Below are positions 28,120 to 39,510 of a stretch of DNA of 64,000 bases, piece after piece (position 1 is the first letter of the stretch; every line of letters begins with the position of its first letter). A program made the position numbers and the translations under genes. The notes under the pieces are model-generated. The model had not been told where the DNA came from. It searched no databases and worked only from the letters and a program-made list of their open reading frames with translations. This stretch comes from an uncultured bacterium (GTDB taxonomy: Bacteria; Margulisbacteria; WOR-1; O2-12-FULL-45-9): positions 9,393-73,392 of the forward strand of contig CAZMPJ010000007.1 in assembly GCA_964568455.1 (NCBI GenBank). Direction: 5' to 3'.

Positions 28120-29376
28120 ATGAAAAAGAAAAATAAGGATTATCATATTGATACACTTTTAGTGCACGCGGAAAATAATCCGGAAAAGAATCGGCGTGCT
28201 ACTACTATGCCGATCTACCAAACTAGTTCATTTAAATATGATAGTAGTGAGCAGCTTTCTAAGGTTTTTAATGGGGAAGCAGCTGGCAATATTTATACCA
28301 GGATTTCTAATCCAACCCTTGAAATTTTGGAAAAAAAGTTAACTATCTTAGAAGATGGGTTAGGGGCCATTGTTTGCTCTTCGGGCATGTCAGCTATTAC
28401 GGCTGCTGTTTTAACTTTGGCCAAGTCGGGCCATCATGTGATAGCAGGCAATTCCATATTTGGCGGAACTTATTCTTTTTTTGATAAGACTGTTCGTGAA
28501 TTTGGAGTTGCAACTACTTTTGTGGACCCAACTGATCTTAAGCAATTTGAAGCAGCCATAAAAGATAATACTAAAGCTATCTTTATTGAAACTATTGGTA
28601 ATCCAAAAATTGATGTGCCAGATATTGCTGCCATTGCTAAGCTAGCTCAAAAAGCCCAGATCCCGCTAGTGGTTGATAGTACCAGCACCACTCCTTATCT
28701 TATTCGACCAAAAGATTTTGAAGCTAATATAGTGGTCCATTCCACTTCTAAGTTCATTAATGGCCATGGTAATTCTATTGGCGGTGCGATTGTTGACTTG
28801 GGTAATTTTAATTGGGAGTCAAGCCGCTTTGACCATTTTAAAAAATACAGCAGCAAATATAAACAGTTAGCGTTTTTAGCTAAAACCAGAAGAGAGGTTT
28901 TTCGTGATTTTGGAGGTTGTCTTGCGCCTCATTCTGCCTTTTTAACTGACATTGGACTTGAAACTCTTTCACTTAGGATGGAAAAGCATTGCCAAAACGC
29001 GCAAAAGCTGGCTGAGTTTCTGGCTAAGCATCCCAAAGTTAAACAGGTTAACTATCCAGGCCTAAAAGAAAATAAATTTCATAGCCTTACCGCAAAACAG
29101 TTTGGCAATAAGTTTGGCTCTCTACTTACTTTTAAATTAAAAGATAAAAAACAATGTTTTAAAGTGATAGATTCTTTGCAGCTGGCTTATAACCTGGCAA
29201 ATTTGGGAGATGCCAAAACCTTGGTTATTCATCCTGCCTCAACTATTTGCATTGAATTTAATGAGCAGGAAAAGAAAGATATGGGGGTAAGCGAAGATTT
29301 GATCAGGGTTTCTGTTGGCATTGAATATAGCGATGATATTATCGCTGATTTTGAGCAGGCATTGGAGGCAATCTAA
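28120..29376 (+). CDS. metY: O-acetylhomoserine (thiol)-lyase family PLP enzyme (MetY paralog 1, within the thiocarboxylate cluster)
   Basis: 418 aa Cys/Met-metabolism PLP fold (STSKFINGHGNSIGG). Confidence 0.8.
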   Translation: MKKKNKDYHIDTLLVHAENNPEKNRRATTMPIYQTSSFKYDSSEQLSKVFNGEAAGNIYTRISNPTLEILEKKLTILEDGLGAIVCSSGMSAITAAVLTLAKSGHHVIAGNSIFGGTYSFFDKTVREFGVATTFVDPTDLKQFEAAIKDNTKAIFIETIGNPKIDVPDIAAIAKLAQKAQIPLVVDSTSTTPYLIRPKDFEANIVVHSTSKFINGHGNSIGGAIVDLGNFNWESSRFDHFKKYSSKYKQLAFLAKTRREVFRDFGGCLAPHSAFLTDIGLETLSLRMEKHCQNAQKLAEFLAKHPKVKQVNYPGLKENKFHSLTAKQFGNKFGSLLTFKLKDKKQCFKVIDSLQLAYNLANLGDAKTLVIHPASTICIEFNEQEKKDMGVSEDLIRVSVGIEYSDDIIADFEQALEAI

Positions 29377-30174
29377 ATGGCATTATCCGAAGAACAAATA
29401 GAGCGCTATAGCCGGCATATAATATTAAAACAAGTTGGGGGCAAAGGACAGGAAAAACTTTTGTCTGGCAAAGTTTTAATTATTGGTGCGGGTGGATTAG
29501 GCTCACCGGCAGCTTTGTATTTAGCTGCAGCCGGAGTAGGGACTATTGGTATTGTTGATTTTGATAAAGTTGATCTGACTAATTTGCAGCGCCAGATTAT
29601 CCATTTTACTAAAGACCTAAATAAAGAAAAAGTAGTTTCAGCTAAAGAAAAAATGGAAGCAATTAATCCGGATGTAAAAGTTAAAGTCCATCAACTTTTG
29701 CTTGATTCTTCAAACATTTTAGATATTATCAAAGATTATGATTTTATAATCGATGGAACGGATAATTTTCCAGTTAAATTTTTAATTAACGATGCTTGTG
29801 TCATGCAAAAAAAACCTTTTTCTCATGGTGGGATCCTGCGTTTTGAGGGACAGACTTTTACTCACACTCCTGGCAACGCTTGTTACCGCTGTCTTTTCAA
29901 AGAACCTCCACCGAAAAATGCTGTGCCCACTTGTTCCCAGGCTGGGATTTTAGGGGCGGTGGCTGGGATGTTGGGGACGGTGCAGGCGGCTGAAGCTTTA
30001 AAATATTTAATTGGTATTGGAGATCTTTTAAAAAACCGCTTGCTTATTTTTGATGCGCTGAAGATGGAGTATCGCACTGTCAAGATAAAAAAATCAAAAA
30101 CTTGTCCGATTTGTGGAGATAAACCAACAATTAAGAAATTAATTGATTATGAACAGGCGGCCTGTGATTTATGA
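29377..30174 (+). CDS. E1-like adenylyltransferase of the ThiF/MoeB/MoeZ family
   Basis: YSRHIIL..VG..GQEKL, GAGGLGSPAALYLAAAGVG Rossmann, C-terminal CxxC...CxxC zinc motif. Confidence 0.85.
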   Translation: MALSEEQIERYSRHIILKQVGGKGQEKLLSGKVLIIGAGGLGSPAALYLAAAGVGTIGIVDFDKVDLTNLQRQIIHFTKDLNKEKVVSAKEKMEAINPDVKVKVHQLLLDSSNILDIIKDYDFIIDGTDNFPVKFLINDACVMQKKPFSHGGILRFEGQTFTHTPGNACYRCLFKEPPPKNAVPTCSQAGILGAVAGMLGTVQAAEALKYLIGIGDLLKNRLLIFDALKMEYRTVKIKKSKTCPICGDKPTIKKLIDYEQAACDL

Positions 30175-30563
30175 TCAAGATTTCCCAAGATATAATAGAT
30201 AGAATTAAAAGCCATGCTAAAAAAGAGGTGCCGATTGAAGCTTGTGGCTATTTGGCTGGGAAAAATGGAGAAATTTCTGAATCTTTCCCAATGTCTAATA
30301 TAGATAAAAGCCCGGAACATTTTTCTTTTGATCCTAAGGAACAGTTTAAAGTTATTAAAGCAGCCAGGGCAAAAGGGTTGGAACTGATTGTGGTTTATCA
30401 TTCTCACCCAGCTTCGCCTGCGCGCCTGTCCAAAGAAGATCTGCGTTTGGCGTATGATCCAAATACTATTCACTTGATCTATTCATTGTTAAACCAAGAG
30501 ATAAAAGCATTTAAAGTAGTAAATGGAGATATTAAAGAGGAAGCAATTGAGGTTTTATCATGA
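30171..30563 (+). CDS. JAMM/MPN+ metalloprotease (Mec+/CysO-hydrolase-like)
   Basis: 130 aa with E-x(n)-HSHP-x7-S-xx-D JAMM motif (EACGYLAG ... VYHSHPASPARLSKED). Confidence 0.8.
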   Translation: MIKISQDIIDRIKSHAKKEVPIEACGYLAGKNGEISESFPMSNIDKSPEHFSFDPKEQFKVIKAARAKGLELIVVYHSHPASPARLSKEDLRLAYDPNTIHLIYSLLNQEIKAFKVVNGDIKEEAIEVLS

Positions 30564-32746
30564 ATTTTTATGATTTACCACAAACATTAGCAGCGGATAT
30601 TAAAAAATATGATGAATTAGTTAAAGGTTATAAAGATAAAACTGTTGATAAAGTAAAATTTAAAGCCTTTCGAGTCCCAATGGGAGTTTATGAACAGCGG
30701 GAATCAGAAACCTATATGTGCCGAGTCCGTTTACCGGGTGGCGCGATTACTCCTACTCAATTGATTGCAGTGGCCGCGGTGGCTAAAAAATATTCTGACC
30801 GGCCGCTTCATTTTACCACTCGCCAAGAAGTGCAAATCCACCATTTAAAGCTTGAAAATACGGTTAAGATTATGCAAGAGCTTAAATTAGTTGGCTTATC
30901 TACTCGCGGGGGTGGGGGCAATACTATCAGGAATATTATGGGAGCGGTTTCAGCTGGAGTGGATCAAGCAGAAGCTTTTGACATCAGCCCTTATGTCCAG
31001 GCCTTAACCAGCAGAATGATTGCGGAAAAAGATTCCTGGTCGCTTCCTCGCAAATTAAAGATTGCTTTTTCCGGTAGTCCCCAGGATGAAGGGTTGGCCA
31101 CTGTAAATGATTTAGGTTTTGTTGCCAAACTTGATCCAAAACTTGGCAAAGGTTTTGCTGTTTATATTGCTGGTGGCATGGGCAGTAAGCCTCAGCCAGG
31201 AATTTTGCTTTATCCTTTTGTGCCAGAAAAAGAAGTCTATAACATTGCTCGGGCAGTCAAGGTTTTATTTGATAAATATGGTAACCGAAAAAATAAAAAC
31301 GCGGCTCGCATGAGATTTTTATTTAATAATTTGGGCAAAGAAGAATTTATTCGCCGTTTTAAAGAAGAATTAGAAAAGGTTAAAAAAGAAGGGGCTAAAC
31401 CACTTTCAATTTTATCAATCCCAAAAGTAAAGACAGGGTTTTTAGAAATCCCTCTCTTTTTAGGTGACCTATCTCCTGAAAAAGCTAAGTTATTGGGAAA
31501 CAGTCTAAAAGAGTATGGAGAAGATATAGTGAGGGCGGCTACAACCCAAAACCTCTTATTAAGGAATATTGATCCCTCAAAAATAACTGAACTAAAAGCT
31601 GGCTTGCAAGAGCAGGGGATATTAGAAAAACTGCATCCAGTGGTGGCAAAAGCTGCTGCTTGCGCTGGCGCTAGTACCTGTCGTTTAGGAATTTGTCTTT
31701 CAAGGGGATTGCTTGAGGCAATTAAAGATCAATTTGAAAAAGATAAGCTTAAGTCTGAAAAGTTGGAAGATATAGCCTTAAAAGTATCTGGCTGTCCTAA
31801 TAGCTGTGGTCATCATCCTATTGCTGATATTGGGTTTTATGGGGTGGTAAAAAGACAGCATAACCGTTTGGTTCCTAGTTATACTTTAGTGGTTGGGGCA
31901 GTGGTGGAAGAGGGAAAAACAAAGCTAGCGGAAAAAATCGGGGTTTTACCAGCCAAAAATATACCTTTTTTCCTGTCCGAGTTTCTAAAGTATGTTCAGC
32001 AGACAAGGAAAAAAGAAGAGAGCTTTGCTCAATATTTAAATCGGGTAGGACGCGATGAGATTGATAAATTACTGGAGAAATATTCTTTGGTGCCTGATTT
32101 TAACAAAGATAAAAATTATTATTATGATTGGTCGGCAACCGAGATTTTTTCTTTAGCGGGTAAAGCGCAAGGAGAGTGTTCTGCTGGTATATATGATTTA
32201 ATTGATTGGGATTTTTCTAATATTAAAGACGGTTTAACGAAGAAAAATGCTCGTTCAGTTGTTCTAGCGGCTAGCCGTGCCTTGTTGGTTACCAAAGGCT
32301 TGGAGCCTAAGAGTGAAAGGGAGGCTGTGGAATTATTTAGAGATAATTTTATTGGCCGCCATCTTGAGATCAAATATAAGACTGTAATTGATAAGTATTT
32401 AAGTCAAAAGGATATTCTCCTTCAGGAGGCGCAAGGATTGAGTGAAGCAGTACGCCAACTTTATGATACAATGGATAATTCCTTAAAATTTCCAGAGTTA
32501 GAAAATGTAAAAGTAGAGCAAAAGGCGGGACAGTTTCGTGATTTCCGGGGAGTGGCCTGCCCAATGAATTTTGTTAAAACAAAGCTGGTGTTGGAAACAA
32601 TGCAGCCAGGAGAAAAACTGGAAATTTTGCTTGATGATGGTGAGCCAATCGATAATGTGCCTGGTTCTGTAAAAGCTGAAGGGCATAAAATATTAAAACA
32701 GGAGAAAAAAGATAATTACTGGATGGTAGTTATTAAAAAAGTTTAA
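30560..32746 (+). CDS. sir: assimilatory sulfite reductase (ferredoxin-type siroheme hemoprotein) with a C-terminal TusA-like sulfur-carrier domain
   Basis: Nitrite/sulfite reductase ferredoxin-like half domains and siroheme-4Fe4S Cys cluster (CAGASTCRLGIC...CPNSCGHH). The last about 75 aa (VACPMNFVKTKLVLETMQPGEKLEILLDDGE) have the TusA/SirA two-layer motif. Confidence 0.8.
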   Translation: MNFYDLPQTLAADIKKYDELVKGYKDKTVDKVKFKAFRVPMGVYEQRESETYMCRVRLPGGAITPTQLIAVAAVAKKYSDRPLHFTTRQEVQIHHLKLENTVKIMQELKLVGLSTRGGGGNTIRNIMGAVSAGVDQAEAFDISPYVQALTSRMIAEKDSWSLPRKLKIAFSGSPQDEGLATVNDLGFVAKLDPKLGKGFAVYIAGGMGSKPQPGILLYPFVPEKEVYNIARAVKVLFDKYGNRKNKNAARMRFLFNNLGKEEFIRRFKEELEKVKKEGAKPLSILSIPKVKTGFLEIPLFLGDLSPEKAKLLGNSLKEYGEDIVRAATTQNLLLRNIDPSKITELKAGLQEQGILEKLHPVVAKAAACAGASTCRLGICLSRGLLEAIKDQFEKDKLKSEKLEDIALKVSGCPNSCGHHPIADIGFYGVVKRQHNRLVPSYTLVVGAVVEEGKTKLAEKIGVLPAKNIPFFLSEFLKYVQQTRKKEESFAQYLNRVGRDEIDKLLEKYSLVPDFNKDKNYYYDWSATEIFSLAGKAQGECSAGIYDLIDWDFSNIKDGLTKKNARSVVLAASRALLVTKGLEPKSEREAVELFRDNFIGRHLEIKYKTVIDKYLSQKDILLQEAQGLSEAVRQLYDTMDNSLKFPELENVKVEQKAGQFRDFRGVACPMNFVKTKLVLETMQPGEKLEILLDDGEPIDNVPGSVKAEGHKILKQEKKDNYWMVVIKKV

Positions 32747-32749
32747 AAA

Positions 32750-33742
32750 ATGAAAGCATTATTATTACTTTCTGGAGGCTTAGACAGCCGTTTGGCAGCA
32801 AAATTGATGAAAGCGCAAGGGATTGAAGTTTGCGCAATTAATTTTAAGACTTTATTTTGCAATTGCACTTCTAAGGGGAGCTGTAAATTAGAAGCACAAA
32901 AAGCGGCAGATGATGAAGGGATTGACATAAAAATCCTTAATATGACGCAGCCGTTTTTGGAAAAGATTAAACAGCCAAAGTATGGCTATGGTTCTGGCAT
33001 AAACCCTTGTCTTGACTGTCGTATTCTCATGTATAGCAAGGCTAAAGAATACATGCAAGAAGTTGGGGCATCTTTTATTGTAACCGGAGAAGTTTTAGGA
33101 CAGCGGCCAATGTCACAAAGATTAGAGGCTATTCGCATTATTGATCGAGATTCCGGGTTAGAAGGGTTGATCTTGCGGCCGTTGTCAGCGCAGCTTTTTG
33201 AACCGAGTATTCCAGAAAAAGAAGGCTGGGTTGACCGAGCTAAATTTCTTTCTATCAGTGGCCGGTCTAGAAAACCCCAGATTCAGCTGGCTAAAGAACT
33301 AGGACTATATGATTATCCTTGCCCAGCTGGTGGTTGTTTGCTGACTGAAGCTGAATTTGCTAAAAAAATGAGAGATTTGATGAAGCATGGAGATTTAACT
33401 TTAAATGAAGTTATGCTTTTAAAGTTAGGTAGACATTTTCGTATTGATGATAAAACTAAAGTAGTAGTGGGCAGAAATGATTTAGAAAACAAGCAAATAT
33501 TAAATTTAGCTCAACCAGAGGAATTATTGTTTGAACTTCATGAAAAAACTGGTCCGCTAACGCTTTTAAGAGGGGCAACGGGAGAGAAAGAGCAAGAAAT
33601 TGCCGCTGGCCTGACTATTTATCATAGTAAAAGCAAGGCTTTGCCAAAAGAATCTGTCAGAATGTTTAATCGAGCAAAAGAAGGCAAAATAATTGAAGTT
33701 AGTCCTCTTACCCCAGCGCAAGTCACAACCCTTCGAATTTAA
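32750..33742 (+). CDS. ThiI-like PP-loop ATP pyrophosphatase (tRNA sulfurtransferase-like) lacking a THUMP domain
   Basis: SGGLDS PP-loop at the N-terminus. GEVLGQRPMSQRLEAI resembles the ThiI GESLGQVASQTL motif. PCPAGGC near the C-terminus. Confidence 0.45.
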   Translation: MKALLLLSGGLDSRLAAKLMKAQGIEVCAINFKTLFCNCTSKGSCKLEAQKAADDEGIDIKILNMTQPFLEKIKQPKYGYGSGINPCLDCRILMYSKAKEYMQEVGASFIVTGEVLGQRPMSQRLEAIRIIDRDSGLEGLILRPLSAQLFEPSIPEKEGWVDRAKFLSISGRSRKPQIQLAKELGLYDYPCPAGGCLLTEAEFAKKMRDLMKHGDLTLNEVMLLKLGRHFRIDDKTKVVVGRNDLENKQILNLAQPEELLFELHEKTGPLTLLRGATGEKEQEIAAGLTIYHSKSKALPKESVRMFNRAKEGKIIEVSPLTPAQVTTLRI

Positions 33743-33774
33743 GTTTTATCTTCTAATCGTTACTGGTATAATAA

Positions 33775-36160
<2,386 letters not shown>

Positions 36161-36164
<4 letters not shown>

Positions 36165-36751
36165 AGATAGATCATAAAATTATAGCGGACTTGATTCAAG
36201 ATGGCTCAAAGGTCTTAGACCTTGGTTGTGGCGATGGAAGCTTGCTGGAATCTTTAATTAAAAATAAAAATGTTACTGGCATGGGAGTGGATAATTGGCC
36301 GGAAGGTTTAAATGAATCCATGAGCAAGGGGTTGCCGGTAATGCAGTTTGACTTAAATAAAGGGTTACAAACGTTTAAAGACCAGTCTTTTGATTATGTG
36401 GTCTTAAACATGACTTTGCAGGCCATGAATCGGCCAGACCAAGTAATTAAAGAGATGATCAGGGTAGGTAAAAAAGCGATTGTAGGCTTTCCAAACTTTG
36501 GCCATTATAAATTAGTTTTGCGAATGCTTTTTAGTGGTAGGATGCCTAAGACCAAAACCTTGCCTTATGAATGGTATAACAGCCCTAATATCAGGCTAAT
36601 GACTATTCAGGATTTTAGACAGCTTTGTGTTGACACTAATCTAAAGATATTAAAACAAACCTTTTTAAATGAAAATGGAAAACAGATTTCAGGCCATTTA
36701 ATGAGGTGGCGAGCTTCGGAAGGTATATTCCTGCTTGAGAGTGCAAGTTAA
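36161..36751 (+). CDS. metW: methionine biosynthesis protein MetW
   Basis: 196 aa. [11 protein letters not shown] methyltransferase-like motif. Overlaps the metX stop, as usual for metXW. Confidence 0.8.
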
Positions 36752-36782
36752 CCTCTATTTAACCCGATAATATATATAGAGA

Positions 36783-37211
36783 TTGCTTATGAAAGCAACA
36801 AAATTTATTATCTTAATAATGATCGCTTTTACCCTGCTTTTTGTGCCTTGTAGCGCCAAAAACAGCGGTTACCGCTTGGTCTATTCTGGTAAAGTTACCA
36901 TGACTGCTTATAACTCACTTGAAAACCAAACCGACAGTACCCCTTGGATAACCGCAGCTGGAACCAGATGTAGAGAAGGGGTTATTGCTTCAAACTTCTT
37001 GCCCATGGGAACCAAGGTAATGATTGAAGGTTTTGGAGACCGGATGTTTGTGGTAGAAGACCGCATGAACCGCAGGTATAAAAATCGCATTGATATTTGG
37101 TTTAGATCTTACGGTGATGCCATTAAATTCGGCCGCCGAACGCTTAAGTTTTATGTAGTAGAAGAAGTAAAACCAACCAAGCTTAATCTTGCCTCTCTCT
37201 TTAATATCTAG
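36783..37211 (+). CDS. 3D-domain protein (MltA-like/YuiC-like, cell-wall associated), secreted
   Basis: Signal peptide, then MTAYN...TAAG...G..AS...PMGTKV...DRM conserved-Asp pattern of 3D domains. 142 aa. Confidence 0.6.
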   Translation: MLMKATKFIILIMIAFTLLFVPCSAKNSGYRLVYSGKVTMTAYNSLENQTDSTPWITAAGTRCREGVIASNFLPMGTKVMIEGFGDRMFVVEDRMNRRYKNRIDIWFRSYGDAIKFGRRTLKFYVVEEVKPTKLNLASLFNI

Positions 37212-37223
37212 TATTATCTAGAT

Positions 37224-38000
37224 ATGCTCTCTAAGTTAAAACAAAAACTTCAACAGCTAAAAAGCGTGCTGATTGCCTTTTCAGGCGGAGTGGACAGTAC
37301 TTTTTTGCTTAAGGTTGCTCAAGATACTTTAGGTGATAATGTCTTAGCGGTTATTGCCAAATCCCCAACTTTTCCTCAGGATGAAGTTGATTTTGCCCAA
37401 AAGTTTTGCGAAGAAAACCAAATTAAATATCAAATTATTGAGACTGATGAGTTTAAAGATGAAAATTTTATTCAAAACAGTAAAGACCGCTGTTATTATT
37501 GTAAAAGTGAATTATTTTCAAGATTGTTAGAGATTGCCAAAAAAGAAAAGATTCTTCATGTTCTCGATGGCTCAAATTATGATGATAAATCAGATTATCG
37601 ACCAGGCAATCGGGCTAAAAAAGAATTAAACATCCAAAGCCCTTTAATGGACTTGGGTTTTACTAAGCAAATGATTCGTGATGAATCAAAAAAATTAGGG
37701 TTATCTACCTGGGAAAAACCTTCTTATGCTTGTTTATCTTCAAGAATTCCTTATGGCACTCGTATTACACAAGAAATATTGAATAAAGTTGAAGCAGGGG
37801 AAAAGTTTCTTAAGAATTTAGGCTTTAAACAATTGCGAGTGCGCCATCATGGCAACTTAGTGCGGATTGAACTGGAAAAACCAGTTTTATCAGAAGAACT
37901 CATGGATCAGATTTATAATGAATTTAAAAGGCTAGGCTATATCTACGTTACTCTTGATCTCAAAGGCTACCGCACTGGCAGTATGAATGAAATTTTATAA
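37224..38000 (+). CDS. LarE-like PP-loop ATP-dependent sulfur transferase (adenine nucleotide alpha-hydrolase family)
   Basis: 258 aa. L..LKSVLIAFSGGVDSTFLLKVA PP-loop. Conserved C-terminal Cys (CLSSRIPYG) as in LarE. Confidence 0.6.
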   Translation: MLSKLKQKLQQLKSVLIAFSGGVDSTFLLKVAQDTLGDNVLAVIAKSPTFPQDEVDFAQKFCEENQIKYQIIETDEFKDENFIQNSKDRCYYCKSELFSRLLEIAKKEKILHVLDGSNYDDKSDYRPGNRAKKELNIQSPLMDLGFTKQMIRDESKKLGLSTWEKPSYACLSSRIPYGTRITQEILNKVEAGEKFLKNLGFKQLRVRHHGNLVRIELEKPVLSEELMDQIYNEFKRLGYIYVTLDLKGYRTGSMNEIL

Positions 38001-38019
38001 ATAATCTGCCGATATATAA

Positions 38020-39510
38020 GTGATGGTAAATCCAGTTTTTATTGCTAATCGTGGTCCGATTGCGTATAAAGCTATGCGGGCTTTGCATGGGTTGGGTGTG
38101 TCCAAAAAACAAGGTCCAATAATGCCTTATACTGCCAAAGATATACCTTCAGCCGGTTTGCTGGGGATTCCCTGGTTTTCAAATCCCGACTTTCCTAGAT
38201 GGGCTCGGCCAGTTTCTGATTATTTAAATTTACAAGAGCTATTAGTTTTGGCGAAAACTTTTGAGGCCAAATCTCTTTATCCTGGTTTTGGTTTTTTTGC
38301 AGAAAATCCGCAAGCGGCTAAAGCTTGTGAAGAAAAGGGAATTACCTGGGTTGGGCCTTCTTCGGCGGTGTTAGAGTTGTGTGCTGATAAAGCTCGGGCT
38401 AAAAAACTAGCTTTTGCTTTGGGTGTACCGGTAATCCCAGGAACATTTGAACCAGTTAGGCTAGAGAATGCTTTGCAAGAGGCTGCGCGAATAGGTTATC
38501 CTGTGCGAATAAAATCAATTAGCGCTGGAGGAGGAAGAGGACAGGCTGTGGTGAGTGAGCCTGGACAGCTTAAAGAAGCAATGCAAAGAATAGCAACAAT
38601 GTCACAGAAATTAACTGGAGATGATCGAGTAATTTTAGAAAAGCATTTAGAGCCTACTCGTCATATTGAAGTGCAATTTATAAGTGATGGAGATAAGGTT
38701 TTACACTTTGGTGCACGTAATTGCAGTATTCAAATTCCTGGCCGTTATCAGAAGTTAATGGAAAAAGCAGTTTATCCAGGACAAAGTGGATTATCAGAAA
38801 AAGAAAGTCAGTTAATTCAAAATATAATTGATGTGGCTGTAAAATTTGTTAAAGGTGTTAATTATCGCGGAGTGGGTACTTTTGAGGTTTTGGTGGACAA
38901 GGAAAATAATTTTTATTTCATGGAAGTAAATCCTCGCATTCAAGTAGAGCATCCGGTTACGGAAATGGTGGCAAGAGTCAAAGGCAAAGAAATTGATTTA
39001 ATTGAAGAACAATTTAAATTAGCTGCGGGTTTATCTTTAGATTATGATCAAACTGATATTACTTTTGTAGGACATTCAATTCAAGCGCGTATTATAGCGA
39101 TGGATTTTGATACTTTTATGCCTTTTGCAACTAGATTAAAGTGTTATAAACCCCCTCAATTAATTCCAGGTAAAGTACGACTGGAAGATGGAGGATTAAG
39201 TTATCTTTTTGGGGAACGAGGTTTTCGTGGAGAATATCCAATTAGCATGGAATATGATCCAATGTTTGCTCAGCTGATTGTCTGGAATGAAGATAGGTTG
39301 GGAGCCATGAGTGAATTGAGCAAAGCATTAATTAATTATCGTTTAAGAGGGAAGGTAAAAACTTCTATCCCTTTTATTTATGGTTTATTGCACAATAGTT
39401 TATATGGATTAGGAGACGAGCATATTTTTACTGATTTTACAGCCAAGGAAGCGGATATAATCAGGGCTATTGGTACTAATATGGCCGACAGAGAATACCG
39501 TGAGATATAA
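38020..39510 (+). CDS. biotin carboxylase-like ATP-grasp enzyme (AccC/PycA family, divergent, with an about 40-aa insertion after the N-terminal domain)
   Basis: VFIANRGPIA, GFGFFAENPQ, ISAGGGRGQAVV, EKHLEPTRHIEVQF match the biotin carboxylase B/ATP-grasp core. No BCCP or carboxyltransferase gene is adjacent. Confidence 0.65.
   Translation: MMVNPVFIANRGPIAYKAMRALHGLGVSKKQGPIMPYTAKDIPSAGLLGIPWFSNPDFPRWARPVSDYLNLQELLVLAKTFEAKSLYPGFGFFAENPQAAKACEEKGITWVGPSSAVLELCADKARAKKLAFALGVPVIPGTFEPVRLENALQEAARIGYPVRIKSISAGGGRGQAVVSEPGQLKEAMQRIATMSQKLTGDDRVILEKHLEPTRHIEVQFISDGDKVLHFGARNCSIQIPGRYQKLMEKAVYPGQSGLSEKESQLIQNIIDVAVKFVKGVNYRGVGTFEVLVDKENNFYFMEVNPRIQVEHPVTEMVARVKGKEIDLIEEQFKLAAGLSLDYDQTDITFVGHSIQARIIAMDFDTFMPFATRLKCYKPPQLIPGKVRLEDGGLSYLFGERGFRGEYPISMEYDPMFAQLIVWNEDRLGAMSELSKALINYRLRGKVKTSIPFIYGLLHNSLYGLGDEHIFTDFTAKEADIIRAIGTNMADREYREI

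Noticed and set aside
30147-30473. 108-aa minus-strand ORF
   Set aside because: It is antisense to the JAMM protease gene, whose JAMM motif is intact. No RBS is present.
31119-31313. 64-aa plus-strand ORF in another frame inside the sulfite reductase gene
   Set aside because: It is an overlapping out-of-frame ORF within a conserved gene, hydrophobic and low complexity, and likely spurious.
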